Made by a program: the position numbers and the translations under genes
Part shown: positions 52,637-62,434 of the stretch, in pieces
Numbering within the stretch: position 1 is the stretch's first letter
Layout of the letters: every line of letters starts with the position of its first letter
Source of the DNA: an uncultured Mycoplasma sp.
GTDB lineage: Bacteria; Bacillota_I; Bacilli_A; RF39; UBA660
Assembly: GCA_945915275.1 (NCBI GenBank)
Contig: CAMEEZ010000002.1
Location: 190 to 64,189, forward strand
DNA: 64,000 bases
Direction: 5' to 3'
Notes under the pieces: generated by a model
Seen by the model: the letters and a program-made list of their open reading frames with translations, nothing else
Databases searched by the model: none
Told to the model about the DNA's origin: nothing

Positions 52637-53842
52637 TTAAGGAATAAGTTTTAAACTATAGTTTAAATTTTCAGAATTTCTATTACTATATACTTTTTTA
52701 GTACTTTTTACTTCTTCCAATATTTTTAACACTTTTTCAGTTTTATTATCACTTTGTTCAACTGATTTAATAAATTTATCTCCTAATTCGAATTCTTTAA
52801 CTGTATAAAAATTTTTAGCATAAATTAATCTTAATATATTCATATCTTCATTATTTATTAATAATATTTTACATGCACTTTCTACATCTAGGCCTGTTTT
52901 TAAAATAAAATCTGTAATATTACTAATATCTCCTAACCCAAAATTTTCATCATTAAAACAAAACTCAGTAATATCAAGATTACATTTTGGTTTATAATCA
53001 TTTTTTTTATCAACTTTTATAAATTTTTCATAAAGAGCATCATAATTTTTTGATTCCTCATTTTTACCTATTTCGTTAGCCGCTTCAATATACTCTATTG
53101 CCTTTGGAATATTATTTAAATAATAATAACATAAAGCAATTTGGGCATAAATACTAGAATATACTTTTTTGACACATAATATTTTTTTATATTCCTTAAG
53201 AGCCGTATGATAATGTCTGTTTTCATAAGCAATATACGCGTTTTTTTTGACTTCAGATATTTTTTCTTGCTCAAGAGGATAATCCCTTATTACCAATTTT
53301 TTATTTAATCCTTCTCCGATATAAAAACATGTTACATTTCTTACTTTTGAAAAAATATTTAAGATTTTCTTTTCTTCTTCTTCATCAGTTTCAATTATTT
53401 TTAAACCATATTTTAATACTTCATTGTATATGTTTCTTAATTTTTCTTGAAATAATTCATTACTTTCTAAAATTTCTTGATATTTAGATATATCTTCGGG
53501 AGCATTAAATAACTTATTTGAAGTATATAATATTTCATAATTTATCATCATTAAATCTCTGTTATTATCTATGAAAGCTTTGTAAAATCCTTCTTCAAAT
53601 TTTTTATATCTAAAATGAATTTTATTAGAAAATATTTGATTCAAAAAGTTTTCTATATATATAAATCTATTATTATCAATAACCCCTCTTTTTATTAATA
53701 ATAAAAGTAATTTAAAATATTCTTCTTTTTGAGAAGATATTAAAGCTTCTTCAAGAAATTTAATTGTGGCGTTTGTATCTTCATTTAAATTTTTTATAAT
53801 ATTTACTATACTTAATTCATCACTTGACATTTGAACCTCCAA
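52637..53842 (-). CDS. Hypothetical protein of 401 aa with TPR-like helical repeats.
   Basis: Helical repeat-like composition only. Confidence 0.35.
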   Translation of the reverse strand: MEVQMSSDELSIVNIIKNLNEDTNATIKFLEEALISSQKEEYFKLLLLLIKRGVIDNNRFIYIENFLNQIFSNKIHFRYKKFEEGFYKAFIDNNRDLMMINYEILYTSNKLFNAPEDISKYQEILESNELFQEKLRNIYNEVLKYGLKIIETDEEEEKKILNIFSKVRNVTCFYIGEGLNKKLVIRDYPLEQEKISEVKKNAYIAYENRHYHTALKEYKKILCVKKVYSSIYAQIALCYYYLNNIPKAIEYIEAANEIGKNEESKNYDALYEKFIKVDKKNDYKPKCNLDITEFCFNDENFGLGDISNITDFILKTGLDVESACKILLINNEDMNILRLIYAKNFYTVKEFELGDKFIKSVEQSDNKTEKVLKILEEVKSTKKVYSNRNSENLNYSLKLIP

Positions 53843-53921
53843 AATAATATGTAATGTTATATATTATCAAATTTATGTGCTTTAATAAAGTGTTTTTTAA
53901 TATATTTTACTAGGTGGTTTT

Positions 53922-54617
53922 ATGTTTTTATCATTATTAAATATTTTAAAAGATATGATTTTTTTTACTGGAAGTTATTCTAATAATGTTTTTCCTGAAC
54001 CTTTATCTAGTAAAGAAGAAGATTTCTATGTTGAAAAAATGTTACAAGGGGATAAAGATGCCAGAAATAAATTAATTGAACATAATCTTAGATTAGTAGC
54101 ACATATTGTAAAAAAATTTGAAAGTAAAGATAATTTTCAAGATGATTTAATCTCAATTGGTACCATAGGTTTAATAAAAGGAATTGATACTTATAAGCAA
54201 AATAAGTCTACAAAAATAACTACATATGCAGCCCGTTGTATTCAAAATGAAATATTAATGTTCTTTAGAAGTAACAAAAAAAACCAAAATAACGTTAGTT
54301 TAAATGATTCAATTGGTTATGATAAAGATGGAAATGAAATTAGTTTGATTGATATTTTAAAAAGTGAATCAAAGGATTTAGCAGATTTGTTACATGACAA
54401 AAACAATATTTTTCTTTTGAATAAATATTTAAAACTATTAAGTAACAGAGAGAAAGAAATAATTGTTAAAAGATATGGCCTTCAAAATAATAAAGAAATG
54501 ACCCAAAAAGAAATTGCTAAGGAATTAGGTATCTCAAGAAGTTATGTTTCAAGAATTGAAAAAAGATCGTTAACCAAAATGCTTAGAGAATTTATAAAAA
54601 GTAATAACACATTATAA
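53922..54617 (+). CDS. sigK: Sporulation sigma factor, pro-sigma-K-like.
   Basis: N-terminal pro-sequence ...FFTGS|YSNNVFPEPLS followed by ARNKLIEHNLRLVAHIVKKFE...DLISIGTIGLIK...TYAARCIQNEILM. This matches B. subtilis SigK nearly residue for residue in the conserved regions. Confidence 0.8.
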   Translation: MFLSLLNILKDMIFFTGSYSNNVFPEPLSSKEEDFYVEKMLQGDKDARNKLIEHNLRLVAHIVKKFESKDNFQDDLISIGTIGLIKGIDTYKQNKSTKITTYAARCIQNEILMFFRSNKKNQNNVSLNDSIGYDKDGNEISLIDILKSESKDLADLLHDKNNIFLLNKYLKLLSNREKEIIVKRYGLQNNKEMTQKEIAKELGISRSYVSRIEKRSLTKMLREFIKSNNTL

Positions 54618-54647
54618 TATATTAATTAGTATTAAAAAAAGACTATT

Positions 54648-55073
54648 TTATAGTCTTTCATCTATTTCATTAACTTGTGTAATTTGTTCTTCTAAAGCTT
54701 GTTTAAAGCGTCTTTTAAAGATAATTACACGTCTTTTCAAGTTCTCAGCTTCTAATTGAACTTGTTCAGCTCTTAGTAAAGCATCGTTTACAATTCTTGA
54801 AGCATTACGTTTTGCATCTTGAACAATCCCGTTACCTTCATCGCGAGCCATTTTCTTAATATTATTTGAGGCATCTTCAGCAACTAATAGAGCCCTATTT
54901 AAAGTTGTCTCTAAATTCTTATAGCGTTCTAGTTCTTTTCGCAAAGCTTCAATTTCTTTATCTTTCTGTTTTAAATTATTTAACATACTTTCATACTCTT
55001 TAGTAACTTCATTAATAAATCCATTAACTTCATTCTTAGAATATCCAGTAAAACTAGTTGTAAACTTTTTCAT
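54648..55073 (-). CDS. divIVA: DivIVA-domain cell-division protein.
   Basis: N-terminal FT.SFTGYSKNEVNGFINEV followed by coiled coil. Confidence 0.7.
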   Translation of the reverse strand: MKKFTTSFTGYSKNEVNGFINEVTKEYESMLNNLKQKDKEIEALRKELERYKNLETTLNRALLVAEDASNNIKKMARDEGNGIVQDAKRNASRIVNDALLRAEQVQLEAENLKRRVIIFKRRFKQALEEQITQVNEIDERL

Positions 55074-55113
55074 GCTTCACCAGTCTCTCTATATATTTCA
55101 AATATTTTTTATA

Positions 55114-55524
55114 TTAACACCATTCTTCATCAGTTGAATTATTTTTCGATTTTTCAGTATCATCAGTAATCTTTCCTTGAACATTAACATTTTTAGGAGT
55201 ACATAAATAAATTCCAACACCAATCTTTTGCATGGTTCCACCTATTGCATAAATACATCCACTTAAAAAATCAATAATTCTTTTAGCTTGTTCTGTTGTG
55301 ACTCTTTTTAAATTTACAACAACACTATTTCTATTTTTTAAATGATCTGCGATTTGTTGACTTTCTGAATAAGCTCTTGGTTCTAAAAGAATCATTTTAT
55401 TACCGGATTTATCAGCTTCTTTTAAAGCATCTGCCTCGCTTAATGAATAAAATTCATCTTCAGTTCCTACTAAATTATCTTCTTCATCATCAGAAAATAT
55501 TTTTTTTAATTTATTAAATGCCAT
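55114..55524 (-). CDS. sepF: Cell division protein SepF.
   Basis: ILLEPRAYSESQQIADHLKNRNSVVVNL...AKRIIDFLSG..YAIGG pattern. Confidence 0.75.
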   Translation of the reverse strand: MAFNKLKKIFSDDEEDNLVGTEDEFYSLSEADALKEADKSGNKMILLEPRAYSESQQIADHLKNRNSVVVNLKRVTTEQAKRIIDFLSGCIYAIGGTMQKIGVGIYLCTPKNVNVQGKITDDTEKSKNNSTDEEWC

Positions 55525-55595
55525 TACGCATCCTCCCTATCATTACTATTTTTATTCTAACAAATAAGATACAAATTTACAAGAATAATTTTAGA

Positions 55596-55904
55596 CTATT
55601 CTTTATTTTGCATTACTTTAATTATTTCATCAAAACTATCATCATTCGCTACAATATTCTTGCGGATACTCTTACATTTATCACATTGATAAACAATTTT
55701 ATATCCCGCCTTTTTATTTTTTTCGATGTCAATAGGGCGTAAAACGCCATGACAAGTTTCTTCTCTATCACCAGGATTGATGTCAACATGCTTACTACAT
55801 AAACAATATGGACAATGGTCTCTAGCAGTATAACTAAGCTTATTAACTTCTTTACCACAATTTTCACAAATAAAATCTTCTGAAATCATATTAAATCTTT
55901 TCAT
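55596..55904 (-). CDS. RNHCP-domain zinc-ribbon protein.
   Basis: FICENCGKEV...ARDHCPYCLCSKHVD, plus a second CDKC pair. Confidence 0.55.
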   Translation of the reverse strand: MKRFNMISEDFICENCGKEVNKLSYTARDHCPYCLCSKHVDINPGDREETCHGVLRPIDIEKNKKAGYKIVYQCDKCKSIRKNIVANDDSFDEIIKVMQNKE

Positions 55905-55908
55905 AAAA

Positions 55909-56607
55909 TCATCCTAAAAAATAATTTAACACAACCGGTGCTAGAATCAATAATAACATAATTGGTACAAAAAAGACTACTGAAATGGCACTAATTTTTG
56001 TTGGAAGTTTTACAATTTCAGTTTTAATATCTTGAATTTGCTTTTCTCTTAAAAAATCTATTTGATTATATAAGGAATTTATAATACTACTTCCAAAAAT
56101 ATTTGATTGAGTGATATTCAAAATTGCATTATTTATTGTATCACTAGGAATTCTTTTTTTCATATCATTTAATGCTTCAGATAAACTTTTGCCCATGTCT
56201 ACTTCATTAATAGCTTTTTTAAATTCTTTAGAAATTTCATTATCAATTGCTTTTGTTGTTGCTTCAATAGCCCCTTTTAAATTCTTTCCACTTTCAATAG
56301 TTAAAGCTAAAACTTCAAAAAAATATATTGCTTCAGTTTCTAATGTCTTTTGTCTATTTTTGATTTTATAGTCGAGTAATATATATTCAAATGCGATATA
56401 TACTAAAAGAGTTATCAATGGAGCTAAAATAAAACCAGATTTACTCCACACTAATAATACAAAGAAAATAAAAATACATAGTATTAATCTTGAATTTAAA
56501 AATTCATCAACTTTATTAGTATCTGTAATACCTAATAATTTATATTTATTTTCAATTTTTTCATAACCTTTTTTACTATAAATTCTAGTTGCAAAACTCC
56601 TTTTCAT
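55909..56607 (-). CDS. tadC: Tad pilus assembly inner-membrane protein, TadC-like.
   Basis: T2SSF-like membrane protein, the last gene of the tad locus. Its start overlaps the tadB stop. Confidence 0.6.
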   Translation of the reverse strand: MKRSFATRIYSKKGYEKIENKYKLLGITDTNKVDEFLNSRLILCIFIFFVLLVWSKSGFILAPLITLLVYIAFEYILLDYKIKNRQKTLETEAIYFFEVLALTIESGKNLKGAIEATTKAIDNEISKEFKKAINEVDMGKSLSEALNDMKKRIPSDTINNAILNITQSNIFGSSIINSLYNQIDFLREKQIQDIKTEIVKLPTKISAISVVFFVPIMLLLILAPVVLNYFLG

Positions 56608-57614
56608 ATTTTCACCTTCAATAATTTCTTTATAACAAATATATATATTAAATATAATAGAATAATAATAACTAAAATTAAGACTCCGATTGTACTATTA
56701 AAAAAAGGATTAAAATAAGTAGGATTAACCATAAAAATTATTGCAAACAAGAAAAATGGCATTGCAAGTAATAATCTAAAGATAAAAAGACTTGATGCTG
56801 TCAAACTATTCAATTCATTGCGAAGTTTCTTTTTATCAAAGAATGTTTTTTCAATCAAAGTAAAGACATTTACTATATTTCCACCAGTCTTGTTTAAAAG
56901 AGTTAACGAACTAGTAATATATTTAACTTCCTCAAGTTTTACTCTTTCATAAAATCTTTGAAATACAATATCTAAACCTAAGCCATAATTTATATCAATA
57001 TATATTTTTTTGAATTCATCGCTAATTGGACCATCTAATTCATCTTTGACTATTCCAACAGCTTGAGTTATATTACTTCCTGATTTGAAAGCATTATTCA
57101 TTATAATAATTGCTTTTAATAAATCTTCTTCAATTTGTTTTCTTTTTTTCTTAAATTCTAAATTTAAAATAATATCTGGACTAAAAAATCCAATAGCTAA
57201 AACTAAAATAAATAAACTCATATTAAACTTTGTATATTGAAACATCATAGTTATCATGCTTAAAATACTAATAAATGTTGCAGATAAAATTTTTATACTT
57301 ATAAAATAATATCCTGTTTTTATATTTCTTTCCTCAAAGTTTATATGCTTTTCATATTTTTTAGCTAAATTTGGTGTCAAATTAGTTTTTAACAAAAGAT
57401 TTTCAAAACTTTTAATTATAGTTCTTATAAGGCTATAAAAACTATCAAAAAAAGATTTTTTCTTATCTCTATTAGAAAATAAAGAAAATGCTTCTATTCT
57501 TTTTTCATATCTATTTAATCTTTGTTGCTTTATTAAATAAAAGATAGCAATTAAAAGTAAAACAATACAAATAACTTGAACTATCGTAACTTCAATAATA
57601 ACATTATTTCCCAT
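56604..57614 (-). CDS. tadB: Tad pilus assembly inner-membrane protein, TadB-like.
   Basis: T2SSF-like with N-terminal TM helices, directly downstream of tadA. Confidence 0.6.
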   Translation of the reverse strand: MGNNVIIEVTIVQVICIVLLLIAIFYLIKQQRLNRYEKRIEAFSLFSNRDKKKSFFDSFYSLIRTIIKSFENLLLKTNLTPNLAKKYEKHINFEERNIKTGYYFISIKILSATFISILSMITMMFQYTKFNMSLFILVLAIGFFSPDIILNLEFKKKRKQIEEDLLKAIIIMNNAFKSGSNITQAVGIVKDELDGPISDEFKKIYIDINYGLGLDIVFQRFYERVKLEEVKYITSSLTLLNKTGGNIVNVFTLIEKTFFDKKKLRNELNSLTASSLFIFRLLLAMPFFLFAIIFMVNPTYFNPFFNSTIGVLILVIIILLYLIYIFVIKKLLKVKI

Positions 57615-57635
57615 GTTTTACCTTCTTTCTATTCT

Positions 57636-58964
57636 TTATTCAAAAATATCTGCTATTTCTGTAATACCTTTTGCTTTTATTTTTTTATAAATTTTAGGAA
57701 CAAAATTATATTTTATATAGGTTCCATCTACTTCGCCTTTTTCCGTAACCCCTTTTTGTTTAAATGCAAATATTTCTTTTAAAATTATATTTTCATCAAC
57801 AATTTTATCTAATTCAGCGATACTTGTTATTTTTCTTTTACCATCATTCATACGTTCTATATTTACAACAAGATCTATTGCATTATAAATATATTCTCTT
57901 ATTGCCCTTACGGGAATTTCCATGCTACCCATTAAAACCATCGTTTCAAGACGATTTAAGGCATCGTGAGCACTGTTAGCATGTAATGTAGTCATTGAAC
58001 CATCATGCCCTGTATTCATTGCTTGAAGCATATCAAATGCTTCTTTACCACGTACCTCTCCAACGATAATACGATCTGGTCTCATACGTAAAGAATTAAT
58101 AACTAAATCACGTATCGTTATTTCTCCTTCATTTTCATAATTTACATTTCTAGTTTCTAAAGATATAACATGTTCCTGATTTAACCTTAGTTCTGCAGCA
58201 TCCTCAATTGTTATAATTCTTTCGTTATGATTTATAAATCCACTTAAAATATTTAAAAGTGTTGTTTTACCACTTCCTGTACCACCACAAACTAAAATAT
58301 TTACTTTAGCTTGGACACATGCTTCTAAAAATCTTGCCATATATGGTGTAAGAGAACCAATTCTAATTAAATCATCTATTGTAGTCATAGAGTCTTTAAA
58401 CTTACGAATAGTTATTACTGGCCCTTTGGTCGATAAAGGAGGGATTACAGCATTAATACGAGAGCCATCTTCTAATCTAGAATCAACCATCGGATTAGTT
58501 GCATCTATAGTTCTTCCCATAGGTTCTATCATTCTTTGAATAGTTCTAATAATATGCTCATTATTAATAAATGATACACTGTCATCTTTAACAATATTAC
58601 CATCTATCTCAATGTAAATATCTTTCGGACTATTTACCATTATTTCTGTAACATTTTTATCTTCTAATAATTCAGTTAAAGGACCAAGGCCATTTATTTC
58701 ATTATCTATCAAATTATATAAATGACTTCTTTCAAGATTTGATAAATCGTACCCTTCAATGGACTTATCAATTTCGTCATTAATCCATTCTACAAGATTG
58801 ACATCTTTGGGCATTTCATTATCAATTAAATTTTCAACAATTTTAGTTCTTAAATTATCCAGTAGTTTTTTATCACGAAATATATCATAGTCATTTAAAA
58901 AATTAGATGTATCATTTTTTTTGTCTTCAAAAGCAAATGCACTTCGTAAACTTTTTTTTGCCAT
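57636..58964 (-). CDS. tadA: Type II/IV secretion ATPase of the CpaF/TadA family.
   Basis: [14 protein letters not shown] Walker A, Asp and His boxes. Size ~440 aa, typical of TadA rather than PilB. Confidence 0.8.
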   Translation of the reverse strand: MAKKSLRSAFAFEDKKNDTSNFLNDYDIFRDKKLLDNLRTKIVENLIDNEMPKDVNLVEWINDEIDKSIEGYDLSNLERSHLYNLIDNEINGLGPLTELLEDKNVTEIMVNSPKDIYIEIDGNIVKDDSVSFINNEHIIRTIQRMIEPMGRTIDATNPMVDSRLEDGSRINAVIPPLSTKGPVITIRKFKDSMTTIDDLIRIGSLTPYMARFLEACVQAKVNILVCGGTGSGKTTLLNILSGFINHNERIITIEDAAELRLNQEHVISLETRNVNYENEGEITIRDLVINSLRMRPDRIIVGEVRGKEAFDMLQAMNTGHDGSMTTLHANSAHDALNRLETMVLMGSMEIPVRAIREYIYNAIDLVVNIERMNDGKRKITSIAELDKIVDENIILKEIFAFKQKGVTEKGEVDGTYIKYNFVPKIYKKIKAKGITEIADIFE

Positions 58965-59752
58965 TATTTATCACCTATACTTTCAAAAAAATCAGATGCT
59001 ATAGTCATAAATGTTATATAATCTTTATTAAATACATTTGGCATTTTGGGATCTAACGATACTATTTTTCCTTCAATATTATATATATCAATATTCTTTA
59101 AAAATAAATCGCTTGTTAAAATATAATCTATATTGTTATTTAAAAGATTCTTCATATCATATAATGAAAAATACTTCTTAAATGGATCTCTAGAATTGTT
59201 TAAAAGAATTTTAAAATTAGTCAATTCTATATCTTTAAATACACTTAATAAACTACGCATATTTTTTAAGTCTACTAAATCATTAGTGATAACAAATAAA
59301 ATTTGATCAACCTTATCCATTGTAGAAATATTAAATTCACTAAAATCATGATTAGTATCTATTAAAACAACATCAAATAAATTAGTAGCTTTATCTAAAA
59401 TAATATCAATGTATTTAGGATCAATTTTATTGGATTGTCTTGGATCTTTAGGAGCTGCTAAAAAATAGATATTATCATTATATCTAGTTATATAATTTTC
59501 AAAAGATTTATATCTATTATTACTATAATCATCTATAAAATTATAGATGTTTTTTTCAAATGGTGAGTTCAAAGTTACTCCAATTGCTCCATTTGATAAG
59601 TCAAAATCTAATATTAAAACCTTTTTATCTAATTGTGCAAAAATTCCAGCTAAATTCGTAGTTATAAATGTTTTTCCTACGCCACCTTTAGCAGAAGAAA
59701 TACACATTGTTTTTCCCCTAGATATTCCCATAATTAACCCTTCTTTATTCAA
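58964..59752 (-). CDS. tadZ: CpaE/TadZ-like ParA-type ATPase.
   Basis: Deviant Walker A SAKGGVGKT. Confidence 0.65.
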   Translation of the reverse strand: MNKEGLIMGISRGKTMCISSAKGGVGKTFITTNLAGIFAQLDKKVLILDFDLSNGAIGVTLNSPFEKNIYNFIDDYSNNRYKSFENYITRYNDNIYFLAAPKDPRQSNKIDPKYIDIILDKATNLFDVVLIDTNHDFSEFNISTMDKVDQILFVITNDLVDLKNMRSLLSVFKDIELTNFKILLNNSRDPFKKYFSLYDMKNLLNNNIDYILTSDLFLKNIDIYNIEGKIVSLDPKMPNVFNKDYITFMTIASDFFESIGDK

Positions 59753-60113
59753 ATATTATTTTTTTACTTTTTATATCTATTTTAGCATTTACTCGTACTT
59801 CATATTCTTTAATTTGAAGTATTTTACCAAATAAACTATCTATAAAATATTGATTTTTAATTTGGATGATTTCATCATTAATTATTATTTCAATATTATC
59901 TATGTTAATTTTATTTTTTTGATATAACTTTTTTATATCTTCTTCATTTATTTTATTTTTATCTACAACAGAATTTAAGACTGATTTTGTTGTATTTTTT
60001 AATTTAATATTTTCATAAGTCATTAAACCAACATCAATAACAAAAGCACATAAAGCTAAAAACATTGGCAAGAGAATGATAAAAATAACTAACGTTTGAC
60101 CTTTATTATTCAT
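59745..60113 (-). CDS. TadE-like pseudopilin.
   Basis: N-terminus MNNKGQTLVIFIILLPMFLAL (a class III signal-like sequence with a hydrophobic helix). Confidence 0.55.
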   Translation of the reverse strand: MNNKGQTLVIFIILLPMFLALCAFVIDVGLMTYENIKLKNTTKSVLNSVVDKNKINEEDIKKLYQKNKINIDNIEIIINDEIIQIKNQYFIDSLFGKILQIKEYEVRVNAKIDIKSKKIIFE

Positions 60114-60453
60114 AATATACCACCCTTATAATTTTGGCTTCAAACGGATTATCCAAAATTATATTTAAGCCAGGTGTAATTATTTCTACATCTTTAGAAA
60201 GAGAAAATTCAATATATTTATTATCTTTGTTTGTAATATTTAACTCAATATTTTCATCGTCTTTATTCATTATTTTTTTTATTTCTTCAAAAGTTTTATC
60301 TTCCTCGTACAAAGATATAGCTTTATCGATTTTACTTTCCAAATTAATACGATAATATAGTATCTTTCCAAAATCAATCATGCAAAATAAAATCATGATC
60401 AATATTGGTGCTATCAAAATAAATTCTACTAAGGCTTGACCCTTTTTATTCAT
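60106..60453 (-). CDS. TadE/TadF-like pseudopilin.
   Basis: KKG|QALVEFILIAPILIMILF with the G/xxxxE motif. Confidence 0.6.
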   Translation of the reverse strand: MNKKGQALVEFILIAPILIMILFCMIDFGKILYYRINLESKIDKAISLYEEDKTFEEIKKIMNKDDENIELNITNKDNKYIEFSLSKDVEIITPGLNIILDNPFEAKIIRVVYYE

Positions 60454-60466
60454 GCCTACACCTCTA

Positions 60467-60706
60467 TTATTCTACGTTATTTTCCTTTTTGTCTTCAATT
60501 TCCTTTTTTGTCACACAAGTAGCTTCTCCAGGACTTTTACCTTCTTTATATTCTTTGTCAATTAATGAGCAAGATGTCTTTGTTATCGAATCTTTTAAAT
60601 AACCACCAAAAATATTTACTATAGCAATTACGATAACACTAATCACACCAATAATAAGAACATATTCAACTAAGGCCTGACCTTTTTTATCTCTCACGAT
60701 ACTCAC
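60467..60706 (-). CDS. flp: Flp-family type IVb prepilin.
   Basis: KKG|QALVEYVLIIGVISVIVIAIV, the canonical Flp motif G/XXXXEY plus a hydrophobic helix. 79 aa. Confidence 0.7.
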   Translation of the reverse strand: MSIVRDKKGQALVEYVLIIGVISVIVIAIVNIFGGYLKDSITKTSCSLIDKEYKEGKSPGEATCVTKKEIEDKKENNVE

Positions 60707-60820
60707 CTACTATCATAATAAGTGTATAATAAGATTTTATTTTTGTCAATTTATTGTCTCGATTTTTAGAATTAGTCATATTTTTTTTAGTTTATGATAT
60801 GATTAAAGTGGTGATACATT

Positions 60821-61150
60821 TTGAATTTAAAAATTGGTAAAAAAAATTATAATATTGTTATAGCTAAATCTTTTAAAAAAAGATTATTTGGCTTAATGGG
60901 AAAAACTAATATTGATTATGGAATGTTATTTCCTAATTGTAATAGTATTCATACTTATTTTATGAAAGAAAATATTGATATTGTCGGATTAGATGAGAAT
61001 AATGAAGTTATTTATATGTACCAAAATTTGGAACCTAATCGTATTATAAAAATCAAAAATAATCAAAATAAAACTAACATTTTGGAATTACCCGCTAATG
61101 CTAGTCAAAAAATTAAATTTGGCTCTATTTTACTCTTTGAAAATGAATAA
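60821..61150 (+). CDS. DUF192 (COG1430) family protein with a TTG start.
   Basis: ...KKRLFGLMGKTNIDYGMLFPNCNSIHTYFMKENIDIVGLDENNEVI. RBS AAAGTGGTGA. Confidence 0.5.
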   Translation: MNLKIGKKNYNIVIAKSFKKRLFGLMGKTNIDYGMLFPNCNSIHTYFMKENIDIVGLDENNEVIYMYQNLEPNRIIKIKNNQNKTNILELPANASQKIKFGSILLFENE

Positions 61151-62404
61151 ATAATCTAGAATTTGAACTTCATCTCCTCTTTCAGCGCCAAGTCTTTCTA
61201 ATTCATCTTCAATTCCCATTCCTTTAAGTTTTCTTCCAAATCTTAAAACTGACTCATCTTCAGTAAATTTAGTCATTTTGAATAACTTTTCAATTTCGTC
61301 ACCTTCAATAATCCAAATATTATCTTCGTGACGAATTGTATATGGTTTCTCATTTTTAAATTTATATAATACGTGGCTTTCTAATTCTTCATCATTATAC
61401 ATTTCATTATCTTCTAAACTATCTAAAATATCTGCAATTTTATTCATAAGTTCTTCAATGCCTGTGTTGTTAATCGCACTTATTTCAAAAATAGTCAAAT
61501 CAGGAAATTTATTTTTAAATTTTTCTAAATTTTCTTTGGCAGATGGTAAGTCCATTTTATTGGCAATCACTATCTGTTTTTTATTTGCTAATTTTTTACT
61601 ATATTTATCTATTTCCTTTTTAATTATTTCAAAATCTTCGATTGGATTTCTTCCTTCAAATGATCCCATATCAATAATATGTGCAAGGATTTTAGTTCTC
61701 ATGGCATGCTTTAAAAATTTATGACCAAGGCCAGTTCCTTCGGAAGCTCCTTCAATTAATCCAGGAAGGTCTGCAACCACAAAAGTACGATAATCTTTTA
61801 ATTTAACAACTCCAAGATTTGGTGAAAGCGTTGTAAAATGATATTCAGCTATTTTAGGTTTAGATGCACTTATTACAGATAAAAGTGTACTTTTACCAAC
61901 GCTTGGCATCCCAACCAATCCAACATCCGCTATCATTCTAAGTTCACACTTAATTAATCTTTCTTCGCCCGGCTCACCATATTCGCTAGTTTTAGGAGCT
62001 GTATTATTATGTGTAGCAAACGCTTTATTTCCACGTCCACCACGACCCCCATGAGCTATAACAACCTTATCATCGATGTTAATTAAATCTGCGATAACTA
62101 GTCCTGTGTCTTGATCAAATATTGTGGTTCCTTGAGGAACTTTAATTATTACATCTTCAGCATTAGCCCCAGTACGATTGCTTCCTTTTCCGTTAGTCCC
62201 TTTTTCTCCTTTTATAATTTTTGAATATCGTAAATCCAACAAAGTTTTAAGACCAGGTTCTACTTCAAAAATAATGTCTGCTCCTTTTCCGCCATTAGCT
62301 CCATCTGGACCTCCTAAAGGAACACATTTTTCTCTTCTAAATGAAGTACAACCATCTCCCCCTTTACCAGCGATAACTTTTAATATAACCTCATCTACAA
62401 ACAT
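61130..62404 (-). CDS. obg: GTPase Obg.
   Basis: MFVDEV..V.AGKGGDGC.SFRREK..P.GGPDGANGGKGADIIF Gly-rich Obg fold, G1-G4 GTPase motifs and a C-terminal domain. Confidence 0.9.
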   Translation of the reverse strand: MFVDEVILKVIAGKGGDGCTSFRREKCVPLGGPDGANGGKGADIIFEVEPGLKTLLDLRYSKIIKGEKGTNGKGSNRTGANAEDVIIKVPQGTTIFDQDTGLVIADLINIDDKVVIAHGGRGGRGNKAFATHNNTAPKTSEYGEPGEERLIKCELRMIADVGLVGMPSVGKSTLLSVISASKPKIAEYHFTTLSPNLGVVKLKDYRTFVVADLPGLIEGASEGTGLGHKFLKHAMRTKILAHIIDMGSFEGRNPIEDFEIIKKEIDKYSKKLANKKQIVIANKMDLPSAKENLEKFKNKFPDLTIFEISAINNTGIEELMNKIADILDSLEDNEMYNDEELESHVLYKFKNEKPYTIRHEDNIWIIEGDEIEKLFKMTKFTEDESVLRFGRKLKGMGIEDELERLGAERGDEVQILDYLFIFKE

Positions 62405-62434
62405 ATTTATCACCTTTCTAAAAATAATCAAAGA

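Noticed and set aside
55518-55867. ORFs 55518-55742(+) and 55649-55867(-) overlapping the RNHCP gene.
   Set aside because: These are alternate-frame artefacts. The RNHCP frame carries the conserved Cys/His motifs.
57576-57979. Plus-strand ORFs 57576-57782 and 57764-57979 antisense to tadA/tadB.
   Set aside because: Antisense to motif-bearing genes, with low-complexity translation.
59547-59834. 95-aa plus-strand ORF across the tadZ/tadE junction.
   Set aside because: Antisense to the tightly overlapping tad genes.
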